A stretch of DNA of 64,000 nucleotides from Podarcis tiliguerta (taxonomy: Eukaryota). Below the pieces are notes generated by a model. The model was not told where the DNA came from. It searched no databases and saw only the letters and a list, made by a program, of their open reading frames with translations. Location: the NCBI GenBank assembly GCA_965153285.1, contig OZ229120.1; one strand, given 5' to 3'. This document shows positions 25,421-39,163 of the stretch, piece after piece (the first letter of the stretch is position 1; the number at the start of each line of letters is the position of its first letter). Both the position numbers and the translations under genes were made by a program.

Positions 25421-28400
25421 CAGTTTGCTATGAGCAGGAGCTGAAGTTATGCAGTTCTGTGCTTCAGGCAATGGAGAAAAGTGGTCACCATGAACAAAGC
25501 AGTTGTGTGCGCAGGTGTCCATTTTTTTCTTTGTTGGAGAATGTGAACAGGACTTGCAAATTCCAATGTGAACTGACCTGATCAGACTAATAATGTTCTG
25601 GATCAGAATGTAGCTAACCTGAAGATATCATACATCTCTGGAGTTTGAAATCACTTGTCTTTTAAAAATAATGTTTACAAATCCATATCTTAGGCTAGAA
25701 TACATTTAGAAATGTGTATTTTGAGAGAAAAATACACTTACGTATGTATTTATTATTATTTATTTCATAAAATGTATACATCACTTGATTGCAAAGAAAC
25801 AACAACCCAAAAAACCTCAAAGCAATTTACAAAAGATAAAACAATAAAACATGCATGTGGTTTGTGGGGGGTTGAATTCAAAAATACATATTTAAATATG
25901 ATTATTTTGTACATTTTTTAAAATATAGATTAATGCAGAAATTGAGCAGAACTGATTTATGGATGAACACAAAGGAAAGAGACATGAACCAGAAATAGAC
26001 TGAATTTCCCATACCCTAAGCTTTAACAAGAAGAGGAGTAAATGTGTTTCTTTTCAGCAGTGTGTGAAGGGGCTTCGTGTGTTTCAAAATGCATATGTCC
26101 CATAGTTTATGGCTGGCAGTTGAAATGAAAATGTGGAGCGCAAACTAGCTTTAAAATTTCATAATGAAAGGCATTGGGGTCAGCCCAAATCAACACAACT
26201 ATCTCCAGTACAGTAACTGCCCTGCATGCTTGCTCATATCCAGAGCTGAAGTTGTTTTGTGACAGCCAAATGCTTGCAGTGCACACAATGATATGTGGGC
26301 TGGCCTTAGGCCAGGCCATTTCAAGAGCGCAACAGGGCTTTTTTACAGTGAAGACAATCTGCACAATCTGTGTGCTCAAGACAGCGGGTATGTGAATGCC
26401 ACAGTTCCTAGTTTGCACACCAGTTACCATGCTGACATTGTCTGAGTGTCTCAGTCCTAAGCCTGTATGATCTCCTGTGTGATCTCGCCAAGGGCCATCT
26501 CCAACATTCCTTTTTATATGCAGTGGACCACTTTTTATTGTGTTAGCTTTTACAATAGTTCCCTTTTTTCTGGGGTGGCCACACATTGCAGCCATCTGAG
26601 AGAGAAGTTGCAAGTTGGGCTGAATAAGGCATGCCCCTTTTCTGACAGAACCCACATTTAGAGCAAACCTTTGAAAGGGCAGCATTGGGCATCAGTTTGT
26701 TTGTTTTTATTTTTAAAAAAAGAGTGTGTGTTTTAATATCTCCACATTGTGTTTTCACATTTGTGGACACACCCACATCTTCTGATGTTCATGAGATTGC
26801 AGTCAATGTTACCTCTGTGGTCTGCCTGCAACATACCTAAAATGATCCAGTGTGGTGGAGTGGTTAAAGAATAAGGTGAGGAGCAGGGAGATTGAAGTTC
26901 AAATCATTACTCAGCCAGCAAGCTCACTGGCTAACCTTGGACCAGACACCATCTTTTAGCCTTTGTCTGGAGTAAAGGAACAGGGATGGAACAACCACCT
27001 ACATTGCCATAACCTCTTTGAAGAAAATGCAACAGAGGACTTTTTAAAATGCTGGTATTGATGTGTCCATTTTTATTCTCTGCATGAGGCTAGAGAAGAA
27101 GGCCTTTACACAAGAGACATCATCACAGAAAATGATTTATCTCTTAGAGAAGTGGCTGTGTATCTAAAGTAGCAGGTTCACATCAGGCAGCTCTAAGGGC
27201 TGGTTCTCAATTTACATTCTGTACTCTAGAACGGATGCCCAAGCTGAAAATCCATGACACTCTCATAACGTGTAGAGGAGTCTCTTACAGCCTGTTAAAC
27301 TATTCAGAAGCAGGAAGAAGGAAAGGATTGAGTATCTGCTTCCAAGAATTAAAAAAACAGTACATGCTTGACAAGATCAGTGTCCATGCCTTAGTACAAA
27401 ATGCAATTGGAGACTGAAATACTGTACCTAGATCCTAAGGTTAAGTGTATGTTAGCAGTAGTTCAGTTGTGTTTCACATGCACTTTACCATCTGCACTTG
27501 CAATGGCCTTCACCATTGCAGGGAGGGCCTATCCTTTGCTTGTGAAAGTTCCCATGTTTGATCATGTAGCTATGCTAGCATCTGTGCCTGATATACTGGA
27601 GAACTGCCTGTAGTCAGAGTAGACAATAGATAGACCAGTGATATGACTCAGTTTAGGGCAGCTTCCAAAATACATAAGGGTGCAGTCATGAATTGAGGTG
27701 TCCATCTGATCACAGGAGCACCAGGTCTTTCCAAGCTGCATCAGTCCTATGCACTCTGCCTCTGTCACCATCATCAGTATTGCAGACAGGGCCTGAGTTC
27801 ATCACTCAGTTTGGCCTGACAGGTTTCAACAATGAAAAAGGAAATTAACAAGGTAATCAGGACTCAGAAATGATTTGTAGGGGGGAAATATGATACCTGT
27901 TTAGCCATTTTTCTGGGCTTATAAGGAAAGAAAAACAAGGCCAGAAATGTATTTCCCAGGGAATAGGGGTTATGAAATGCTATTTTGATAGTCTAGAAAG
28001 GATTCATGTGCACATCAGCCAAAACATCTGATAGCAATTATACATTTATTTGGGCTGCAAAAGATTCTGAAAGCTTATAAGGAAATGCAGCTATGAAGGT
28101 CACTTTACCATAATATATTTTTAAGGTCGTGACAGGTTGAAATTAGAAAGCAAGACCATTTCAGCACTGCACTACATTGGAGTCAATGACTGCAAAGCAT
28201 TTCAGGTTCTCTTTTTCCAAATTGCCAGTGTTTGAGTGGTTCGGAAATACCAAATAGATCCCCTTACAAATTTGTATTTGATCTGTTCTGTGATTTTTGA
28301 GATGGATGCAAACTGAACATGGCAGCAGTCACTGGTAATTCTGGCAAAGAAGACAGATAGCATAGCATAACGGACACATTCCACTGGGAAACTCTCTGCA

Positions 28401-31400
28401 CAAGCCCCATTGTAATGAAAAAGAAAGTATTATGGGAACAATTAAAAGGATGTTCATGGCAGGCAACCCAAGATTGGCCCGAAGGGTTTCTGAGGTTCTA
28501 CATATGTTTTCATATAGCACAAGATCATTGAAACAAGAGTTTTCCATTGACTTAACTGGCCTCAAGACAGATACAAAACTGCTTGTTCAAATGAAGTGCA
28601 GTTGAGAACCAGCTGCTTTACTCTATGCTTCTTAGGCAAATTGGTGTTATTTTATGATAACTTGTTTGCATATGTATTATCCATAAATAGAAATGTACTG
28701 CAAGCCCGGCTTTTAGAGTGACGGGTATTCATGGACAAGCTTCTTTTCTCCTTATTGTAACGTAATGACTAGGTCATCCACACCTTTTCCAGTAGTCTGT
28801 CTGCCTCCTTTTCTATAAGCTTATTTTACCTGTGTGTATCATTCCCTAGCCATATCCAGAAATGCTTTTTATATCCTCCCAATTCTTGCCACTTCACTCT
28901 GCCCTAGCATAGAGCTTGAACATTTAAAAGCTGTAGGGAACAATCCACCTTTGTCTTAAGCGTAAGCAAGCCCAGCTGAAATAAACTGGAGTTGCAAAGG
29001 AACACAGTTGTACGTTTTCCCTACATGCATGGTAAACCAATCATTCCCCTCAAATTCACTTTGATACGTGACCATGATGAAAGACTACACAAACCCTGCT
29101 GATCCTACAGAAAGGAAAGGATCTCTTAGCACCCTGCCAGGTCAAATGGCTTCACACTAGCCTGTTCACTAAAGCGGCTTGGAAATGGAATTATTACATC
29201 CACTTTGACATAGGTTCATTTTGTAGACACTTACATGAGCCTGTTTGAGTCTTGGCAGGTTTGAAATTCAAAATAATTATTTTTAAAAAAACAGCTTGCC
29301 ATTTCGTGTGTATGGTCTTGATTTTAGGGGAGCAGTGATGATCTGAGACTGCTTTGTATTGTGTACTATTTACTATCCAAAATCTCTAGTTTCTACTATG
29401 TAATGGCAAACTGTAAAATCCCAAGGCCCAAAGACACAAAGGCAGCGCCTTTGTGGAAGCTAATCAGGTGTGAGCCTTCAGTGCCTGGATGGGAGATGGT
29501 TTCCTGGGAACCCAATGCATGCAACCTTGAGTTTGCTCATGGAAGAAAGGCGGGATAGAAATGAAATAAATAAAAACAAGAAGTTGCTATTGGAGGCTTT
29601 GAGCAGCAATAAACTACACACAGGCAACTCACTTCTAGGCTTTTTTGAATTTGAGGTTGCTCTTTGATTGCAAATGAATCACCCAGAAAGACTGAAATCT
29701 TCGCTCTGTTGTGTAAGAGAAGAGCTGTTGACTTGGGTTGCAATTTCAGCCTATTTGCCCTTTTTATTTTTGTTTTTAAGTGAAGAGGGGTTAGACTCTA
29801 TTCGCAGCTCACAAATTCCAAGAAGTTCCTGTCGCATCATCCCAGCATTTGGGCTTTGAGCTGTAAAGGGTGAATTTCATCCATTGTGTTTCTATACTTG
29901 GATACATAATTGTATGATATTTTAAATTACATGGTACATACGTTTCCTAAGAAACTAAGCCTTCATCATAACTCATGCGTCTTCCATTGCTGCGGTGTAT
30001 GTGTTGAAAAACAGGCTCTTCTCCCCGACCCTCATGAGACAGGTTAAGTGTGGAAGCAGAAGAGATTTTTATTTTTCATTTTGGGTTAGAAGAAATTTCA
30101 TGCCAGGGTTTTGCGACACAGCAATGACTCTCCCTATTTTTAGATTGGCTTCAGACATTCTAAAAGGGCAGCAGCAGAGGAAGCGCAAGTGAATTGCAAT
30201 TTTTTGAACTGCCCTTTTGAGGTTAGAGGCACAAGAGTTAGTTTTTTTAGTGTGTCGAAAGCAGCCCGAGAGTCAAGGATCGCCCCACTTCCATCTCTGT
30301 GAAATGGGTCTTGCAAGATTTGGTATTGTTTCTTAAAAAAAACCCTGCAAAATTTGTTTGATAACAGAGAACACAAGAATCGCCTTTCAAATCACCATCA
30401 GCTCCCTAAAGAGCTATTGCAATTCTCCAGACTGGTATTGTAATGCTACTAGTAGTAATATTAATAATGACTTGTATTTAACAAGTCTGATTGGGGGTAT
30501 AATTCAGCACCATCTGGAGAACACCCAGGTTGGCTACCCAAACCTAGGGGTCAACTATCTATATCCCCCTATTGACCTCTGCTGTTTTGGTAGCTCCTGG
30601 CTAAGACAGAGTTAAGTTTATTAGGTTGCTTCCTATGAATGCACATGGAAACAGTTTCTGAGAGAAACTGTTTTCCTCAATGATAATAACATTACCAGTA
30701 AGTGATGTGCATTGTTTTTTACAGCTACTGCTCTGTGGGCTTTGGTATCTTAGATTCCACTGATAGGGAATGTTCCCTGGAGAGTTTCATCTCCAAAAGT
30801 TCCTTTTTTCACAAGCAGATGTATATTCAACTTGCAAAATGATTATACCTTATGAAGGACAAGAGGAATAACTTCTTTCTTACTGCCTGATAACTCTATG
30901 ACTGCAATAAGGGAGGGGTGAAGTTCTGGATGTTGTGGGGGGAGGAGGAGGGGTAGACCCCTTCCATTCCATTTTCCTTTTCCCCAAGTCATACCAAAGT
31001 AAATAGAAAGGAGAAATGGACTATACCAGCTGAATGGAGCAGGCTTACCAGCTGGTAAAGCCAATTTCACTCCTAAAATAAACAGGAGAAAACGAGGGAG
31101 AAAAAGTAGTCACACTTTTTTTTTTTTTAAAAAAAAAAAAGGCATCAGTATAGATTAAATCTAGGTAAGTATTTGTCTTTTCAGCACATCTTTTAAGAAT
31201 TAAAATTTCAAAATTGAACTGAGACTGAGTAAACATATATTGCTCATCATGGGCCTTATTCAGTATGTACCTGTGAAAGTTGCTCTACACAGCAGCCATG
31301 CATCAGTTGCAGCAGTGTTGGTCACACTGCTTCCAAGTAGTTTCCATATAAATTGAAAAATACCATCAAAATTGCCAAATTTTGGAAAAGGCTGCTTTAG

Positions 31401-33286
31401 ACCCAATGAAATGACAACAGCTAGGCTTGATACAGGTCGGTCTAATCATGCAACTTCCATAGTACAGGCCATATTGTGCCTTCCATAGTTATTGCTGTGG
31501 AATGCTCAAAAACAAAGCATATGAACCAGCTTATAAAGTAATGCTGTTTTGACACTTTTAATGTATTTCCATTCAACCTGACAAAGATTTCGTTATAACT
31601 TGAAAGTCTGCACATACCAATCCCAACTGAAGTTGTTGTTGTTGTTGTTTTATGCTGGTTCTATCTTTGGATGTGATTTATTATTACTAATAATTTTCAA
31701 CTTCTGCATTAAGCATGAAATGCTTTGTACATATTAAAAAAAACAGTATATTTTAAAGCTATGGTAGAACTCCACTGGGAAAACATAACTTAAAATAAAC
31801 AGTAAGTGCTGAGTGTACTTCAAGCTCTAGCATAGATTGTCATTTCTGACTTGGTATATTTCCCCAATAAATGAGAGCAGGAATGGGACCTAGTGCCTAC
31901 CTTTGTAGGTTTTGTGGAGAATCCATAACAAAACCATGATAATCGTCATCATCCTTGCAATAATCCCTTAAAATAGTTTCAGTATCATTATCCTTTCTTG
32001 CAGGGGGAAAGTGTATTCCTAGCCCTGTATTACAGCTCTGGACTCACCACTATGTTCTTTTTAAATGAACAAATTTCTCCAGGGTCAAACACTTTCAGCT
32101 CTGTGACATCACAGATTCAATTCTTCCCAGAGGAAGAATTCACCTCTATCCTATTCACTGAAGAGTTTTGGTCCAATAGATGCCTCCGCGGGTAGGATGG
32201 GGAAGTTGATTTTTGTCATTTTTCTTTTCCGCTACAGCAGCCACCACTACCTCCACTGTCAAAGATAGTCCAACCCTTTGGATCATATTTGTGGGGTGGG
32301 GAGAACAGACAAAAAATACTGCCTCCTCTCCACCTCTTCCTCCAAAAACAGCTTTCTGTGAGCAGAGGTCCACTCATGGGAGCTTAGGAGCCAGCCAATG
32401 TGTTGTTTTTTTCACATATATGGGTTGCAGGCAATGTTAGTTCTAGACCCACTGAAATTAATGAACATGACTAAATTGAGGCCAGTAATTTCAGTGGACC
32501 TAGAATTTAGTTGGATACAACCCATTGTCTCCATGAGTGTTACTTTGTTTTTTAAAATCTGTACTTGTCCTGATACATTCATGGAGATCAAGCAAAGTGA
32601 GTAAATTTTGCAAAAAGAAGAAGAAAGAATACAATATACTTGTCCCTTTCACAAAGCTGATCATAATCCCAAGCTTCTAAGATTCTTGAGACCGAAGCAA
32701 AAAGCTTCCCTTTTGCATTCCTCACCCTTCTAATATTTCTCTGTAAAGTGAAGTCATCGTAATCAAGTGTCTTTGATCTACATTCTTCTATGACACCATA
32801 TTAAGATGCCGCAAGTAAGCAATTACAATTTCAGTGAATGGAAGAAAGCTAAAAATTGAAACTTAATGAAACAGGGTTTTCTTTTAAACAGAACTGTGAG
32901 AGGAAAGACCTCTCCAGTCTTTCAATACAAAGGAAATGTAGAAATAGGAGATGGGTGTTTGGGGAGAAAATAAATATTAATTCACGATCCATTAAGCATT
33001 TTAAAAAGGCTTTTCTCAAAGTTCAATGCTGTGCGGATTTACTCAGAGTAAGTCCCACTGTGTTCAACGGAACATGCTCATGAGTTAGTCGTACAGGATT
33101 GCTGCCTCAGAGGTTAAAAGCTTGCTGGTAGTGACATTTCATGTTCCTGACTCTTTTCTGTGTTCTTTTAACCAGTGGTTACAACATATTTGCACTAAAA
33201 GTAGCATAAGTGTTCTCTGAGACTGTTGTGCCTCCTTACTATTCTTGTCTTTTGTTTCCTCCTCCTCCCCCCTTCCTCTTGTACAG

Positions 33287-33473
33287 GCTGTTCCACCACC
33301 TAACTTTGAGATGCCAGTTTCTATCCCAGTGTCCAATCACAACAGCTTGGTATACAGCAACCCTGTAAGCTCATTGGGTAACCCCAACCTGTTGCCTCTG
33401 GCCCACCCTTCCTTACAGCGGAATAGCATGTCTCCTGGTGTGACACACCGGCCACCGAGTGCAGGAAACACAG
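33287..33473 (+). CDS. MEF2C: MEF2C coding exon, 187 nt, phase 0-1
   Basis: Long pyrimidine tract + tacag|GCT ... ACAG|gtaagg; [62 protein letters not shown]. Confidence 0.98.
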
Positions 33474-33518
33474 GTAAGGCACTACCCAATCCTATTTCTT
33501 CACTTTTAAGTTTGGAAA

Positions 33519-33803
33519 AGGGCTGTAGCTTAGTGGTAGAGTATCTGCTTGCTTTTGGAATAGCCCAGGTTCAATCCCTGCCATCTCCAGGTTGGACGAA
33601 GAGAGACTCGTGTCTGAAATCCTGAAGAATTGCTGCCAGGTGGAGTGCACCAGGGTTTCCTAAACTTGGGTCTTCAGTTGTTTGTGGACTACAACTCCCA
33701 TCATCCCTTGCTAGCAGAACCAGTGGTCAGAGATGATGGGAACTGTAGTCCAAAAACAGCTGGAGACCCAAGTTTAGGAAACCCTGGTATAGACAGTACT
33801 GAG
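33519..33803 (+). mobile_element. Squam2-like SINE interrupted by a MITE, 45 nt downstream of the 187-nt exon
   Basis: gggctgtagcttagtggtagag A-box, ggttcaatcc B-box; body resumes (tagacagtactgag) after the 33651-33786 insertion. Confidence 0.75.
33651..33786. mobile_element. 136-bp palindromic MITE with 55-bp arms
   Basis: CAGGGTTTCCTAAACTTGGGTC...CCCATCATC and its near-perfect reverse complement. Confidence 0.9.
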
Positions 33804-34962
33804 ATCATTTCCCAGAATTTTCATTTAAAAAGAAGTAAAGTTAAATTCTAAAAAGAGCTAAATCCTTTGTGAAATTAAAGATAATTAATATAAAGAAGAC
33901 AATGTTTTTAATATGAAGAGAATTAATGGACTCAAGCTACTGGGAATGTTTGTGTAACACCCAACTAAACGAATGAATATTCATGTGGTAACTTGTTCAC
34001 GAACATGAAGTAAAATGGTTCTCTTTAGAAAGTGTCTATAGGCTTCTGACAATAAATCTTTTTTACCCTACTGTTGTCCTGTTAAAGACTGTTTCAAAAA
34101 GTAGGCTCTGAATCTAGGCCCATTTGTCGTCGTGTCATTAAAAAGCTACACATCTTCTTTCATAGAAGAAAAAACTGGGAAATGAGTTGGAAGTAGCGGG
34201 AGAGGTTAATCCTTGCTGGCAAAATAGGTCATTTGACTCCACAGTTAAGAGGCTAAAAGCAGCCTTTGTGATAATGTGTCAGGTCATTAGAATCTCACTG
34301 ATGGTGATGTATTGTTTGAACTCCTGGCTTGTTTGTCTCACTGTACAAGCAAGACGTTGCCATCCACCCAGGTGTAGGATCACTTGTAAGTAGGATAAAT
34401 AAGGATTAGGATCCTTCACTCTGTCTGATTGAAGCAGAGTCAGCCTTAAGCGTGTTGACCTCAGAAAAGTCAAGCAAGGTCTCCACCGTAAGGAAGGTAG
34501 TAGAAAAAACAAGCCATTGATGCTTGCGAAAATACCAAGAATGTCATGCAAAAATACACCACCATTTGTTGGAAAGGTGTTAAGGGAAGTACTTCCAGTA
34601 TGTCTTTGTAAGACTTCGACAACACAGGATTTGCTCCCTGTTGTTCCTGATATCATGCACTCCGGTCATGCAGGAGTCTGATTATGCCATTAGGGGGTGT
34701 AATGCGAATTCACAGTACACATGCAAAACACTTGAGTCCCCTAAAGAGCTGTTTGGATCCTAACCCTAATGTGCAGCTGGCATCCTAAAGTGTCATAACT
34801 GTGCATTTTGTGGGACTGGGAAACATGAGCAAAGGAAGCTGCCCATCTAACTCAGCACTGTCAATTTGATAGGCAGCAGTTCTCCAAGGTTTCAGGCCAA
34901 AGCCTTTCCCATCCCTGGTACCTGATATGCTTTTAAAAAAGGCAGAACAAAATATTGAAATG

Positions 34963-35034
34963 TCTTGCATTTCAGGGTGTTGGACTAGATGACCCTTGTG
35001 TCCCTTCCAGCTCTAAGATTATGTAACTCTATGA
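34963..35034 (+). mobile_element. CR1-type 3' tail (headless copy of the tRNA/CR1 SINE), inserted in a Squam2-like copy
   Basis: cttgcatttcagggtgttggactagatgacccttgtgtcccttccagctct..att. Confidence 0.7.
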
Positions 35035-35885
35035 AGGATTGAAGCTGGGATTTTCTATAGTCACTGGGCAGGGAGGTTTCCTAGCACTGAGCAGACCTGC
35101 AACAGGTTGTCCCTTGTACTCTTGTGGGTGCTCAGGGTTCAAAGGCTGAAGACATCACCTTAGGTATGCCATGGCATTGTAAAGAGCCATCTCATATGTA
35201 TAATTGGTGGTTGCTTGACATTTTCACTGCATTTGCACCACCTGAGTGTTAATTTGCTAGACTGGAAAAGTTGTGAGTGGCATGTAGATTATGAAGCAGC
35301 AGCGAACCAGCCTCACATTGGCACCAGGGCTGCTGTGGGCCTGCTGAGCCTTGCTTCTTATTGTAATAAAATAAAATAAAATATTTTGGAGTTATCGGGG
35401 GTGGCTGCCCAGACCTAAACACAGTTATGGATGCACATGTTATTTTGAAAGTAAAAATACTAATTTGGGCACCTGTTTTTGCCATTATTTTTAACAGCAC
35501 CCTTTTCTGTAACAAAATAGCACTTATTCTCAAGTAAATGGGTTTATCATCAGGCAACAGAAGCAACAAACTCCATTTTACTCTTGCTGTCAAGATGATG
35601 CTAAAGTTTAAGCAAATATGAAATATAAACTATCACTTGCTCAGAGTATTATTACTATTATTATTGACAGAATGTCTGTGCAGTTCGAGACAAAATGGAT
35701 CTGCTTACACGTATGTAGATAGAAGTCAGCATGGCTCAAGCAGCCTGATCTTTATAAGTACCCTGGTGGTAGGAACTCTGCTAGGGTTTGCATTGCTTTG
35801 AGGAGCAGGCTGTAATTTCTGTTTGACCTTTGTGGTTTCTTTCAGCTCCTCTCTCCATTTGACTATTTTATTTGTCTTCTCCTAG

Positions 35886-35933
35886 GTGGCCTGATGGGTG
35901 GGGACCTCACAACCGGTGCAGGCACCAGTGCAG
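35886..35933 (+). CDS. MEF2C: MEF2C coding exon, 48 nt, phase 1-1 (absent from ORF track)
   Basis: ctcctag|GTGGC ... GCAG|gtaaac; (G)GLMGGDLTTGAGTSA(G), in frame with both neighbouring exons. Confidence 0.96.
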
Positions 35934-37623
35934 GTAAACAGAGGAGTGTTTTATGTCCCCTTTTAAAATGGTTTCAGACTCCACAACAGAGAGCTAGCAT
36001 GAAGCCGGTCTTAAAATAACTCTATATAATTTCATTAGGAGCAGAATTAGGTTAACCCTGGATACTTCTGAAAATCCTACTCCCAAGAGCCTTCTCGATA
36101 TTAAACTTCCCAATTTCCGTGCATTTAAAGACTTCCTGTTGCTGTTGTTTTTAAAGACTTCTAATGTACTGTCACGGAGACTCTCGTTACCAAGAGTTCC
36201 CATCAGGCGTCACCTACGGTAATCAGAGGACCCTTTCACAAATCCCTCACTGAAGCTGTCACATACCAGTGTGTGGTGGGAAAGAAAAGGGGGGTGATTC
36301 AGGAATGGTTCTTGGGCCTACTCCATTGTTCTCATGCTACGTTAGAGCAGAAATCATGATTGTTCTTACACCACTGATTAAAAGGTGACTCGTGAAACTG
36401 GGTCCAAAGAATGCAAGTTTGAGTTACCTAACAACTCAACATTTTATCCAAGTGAATACTTAGATTCTGCACTAATCGCTCCTGTGTTTCAGCTTTTAAA
36501 AGCCATGGAGGCTGGTGATGTCTCATTGGATATGGCAGCATTAAAACCTCTGAAATAGCATAGAAATTTTGACATCGCATCAACATTATGCAGTTTGTGG
36601 CTGCAGAATTTGTGATGCTTTTTATGAATGCAATTTATTGTTGATTTTATGCTTTTTACTGCCTTGTGTGTGTGCTGTTTTTTAAACAAGTTTGTTTCTA
36701 CAGTCACTTAAGTATAGAGAGTGTAGAAAGCACGATAATCTTCATTGTTAGTTTCCCCCACTTTTCTTGATTCTGTTAACCAAGTTCTGTTTCATGTTGG
36801 TGATATCTGTCTGAAGCATGTACTAGGATTCTTGACCTTTTATGTTAGAGAAACTTTAAAACTGCAGAGTAATAAGATAGGAATGGAACTTGATTGACCT
36901 ACTAATGAGTGTCCTCTACTGGTTTGTTAAAGCATAGCAGTCTCCCCCCCCCCCACCTCCTTGCTCATAGGAAAGTGACAAGAATAATTTTTTGGTCTTT
37001 GGGAGAGGGTAACTTTCATGAATTGAAATGGAGATTTCACTGCATACAGAGTTGGTTTAAATATCACTAGTTTAGTTGACTTGAAAGACAGTTGGTGGGA
37101 GAGACTTCTCTTGACAACTAGAAAATGAGAGAAATTCTATTTTAAAAGTGTAAAATATATTGTTGACTGGAGAATTTGATTTAAAAAAAAAAAAAGTCCT
37201 GATGGCTCCTTCCTGTGGAAGAGTAGTGTTTGTATGAACAGATAAAAAGTGTGATTGTGCCCAGAATCCTGGTTCCTTTTGTGTTTAGACCTTATTGCAG
37301 ATGTGCATTCTTCATGTCTTAAATTTGGAGCAGTAAGAAGAGTCATTTGCTGTAGGGCAGAAAGGAAGAGGAGAGGTCATTACGAGGTTGAAACGTCTGC
37401 CACAGTGGCATCATTCAACAATGGTTCTATTTTGGAGAGTCCCCTCTCCCTCTTAAATATCAAAAGTTCTTTGTTGACCATTTTTTCTTGAGGAACAGAG
37501 GCCCATGTGTACGTCGCCATTGCCATCTTAGAAGCTGATAGGGTGATCTTATGGATCAATTTGCCAGGGTATCCAGTCTTTGTCAAATTAGAAGTTCATG
37601 CATTTGCATTTTTCCTGTTGCAC

Positions 37624-38132
37624 CTAAAAATAGCCAGTTTGCAACAAAGGAAGAAGAATGTAGTTGTTTTTGAGTTTTACTACTGTAATTATAAAAAGAA
37701 GCAACTTTTGATTGCTAACATAAGGGCATCAGTTCCTGCATTACTTTAACAAATTACACCATAATGCGAAGATGGGAAACGGGGGGGGGGGAGACCTACT
37801 TAGGTTAGATATACCCATGTTTTCAAAAGACTGCTATTTTGTTGGTTTGGAACGTTTGGTATAATAATCGTGAAATCATCCACAACTTTACCTTGGGAAC
37901 CTACCCAAGACATAAATAGAGCCTGGAAATAGTGACTACTTTTTTTATTATCCCAAGCAATTAAATACCAGTAGTGGTATTTTTAACTAAAACCAAGGTT
38001 ATCTCAGGTTTGCTAGAGTACATTTGTTCAAAACTTTTCTCCAGTTGGGTAGCTTATGCCATGTGACCATCACAACTGCCAACAAAATGAGAGTGGACTT
38101 CCTATTTAGTAGTGTTGCTAAGCTATAAATAA
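37624..38132. promoter_or_regulatory. MEF2 motif cluster
   Basis: CTAAAAATAG 37624-37633, CTATAAATAA 38123-38132, plus several near-matches between them. Confidence 0.4.
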
Positions 38133-38906
38133 AGCCACGGGTTTGGCAACTTTCTTTGAAACAAGAAACTTGTGATTGAAAGGAAAGAATAAGAACTCTT
38201 TGACCTTAAGCCATCATGTTTTAAAACAATCCTATAGTTACATTCTTCATCTTAACACTCAACGAAGAGAAAAAACAACTGGCGATTAACCTATAAAATT
38301 TAAAATATTAGGTTGCTTTGTTTTCAAAGGGGCACACACATTAAAATGAGGCATAATCCTTTTCAAATTTGGGCAATAGGTTAAGAAGTATATATCAAGT
38401 ATTGAAATGGGTTTTTAACTCTGACTATTATCTGGCCTATAATTTTCTTAATAACAGAATATTAGTATTAAATCTCAGGGGGAAACTCAACATATCAAAT
38501 GAATAACACATTTTGTAAATGTATTGTGCATGTTCCCATTGCAAATGTGTTATTGGCTCTACAGAGGCTATCCTGATCCCATTAAAGTCATTTGTACCAA
38601 CTCACACAGTTCAGGGAACTGAGACTATATCAATTTCTACTACTCTAAAGTAATACTACAATTTGCACTATGACCAACCTTTTATCTAATTGAACATGTT
38701 TTATCTAACTGTTCTCATATTTGTCATGTTGAACAGAATATTATCTGACTGCCTCCTGCCTCCCTTTTGCACTAGTGTACATTTTAAAATGGCAGTCCTC
38801 AATTTACCATAAATTTACCATAATTTACCACGAGGAGTTGCTACTACTTTGTCTGACATTTGGCCCACTAGATGTCTGGCAGTGGAGATGGCAATGCCAT
38901 CATTTT

Positions 38907-39163
38907 TGTTGAATAGTGGGTAGACATAGCAGACGATGCAGCGATTTCTCCAAAGCAGCTCTTTATTTGTAAGCTGGAACAGAACTGAACTGAAGGGTTC
39001 AGCCAGCCTGCTTATATAGAGCTCCACTAGAACGCAACAGTAACCATTTTCTATAACTATCCAATCACTGAACGTCACTTTTGATCCCTTATTTGCATAT
39101 GTGGACCTGAACTATCTACAGTATCCCCCTGCTGGCCCAGGGTGAGAACTTCAGTACATAACA
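38907..39163 (-). mobile_element. Solo LTR (257 bp), antisense to MEF2C
   Basis: TGTT...AACA termini; 5-bp TSD ATTTT (38902-38906, 39164-39168); minus strand reads ATGCAAAT, TGACGT, ATTGG, TATATAA, then AATAAA. Confidence 0.9.

Noticed and set aside
26107-26685. 192-aa minus-strand ORF
   Set aside because: No recognisable homology or splice structure; consistent with chance
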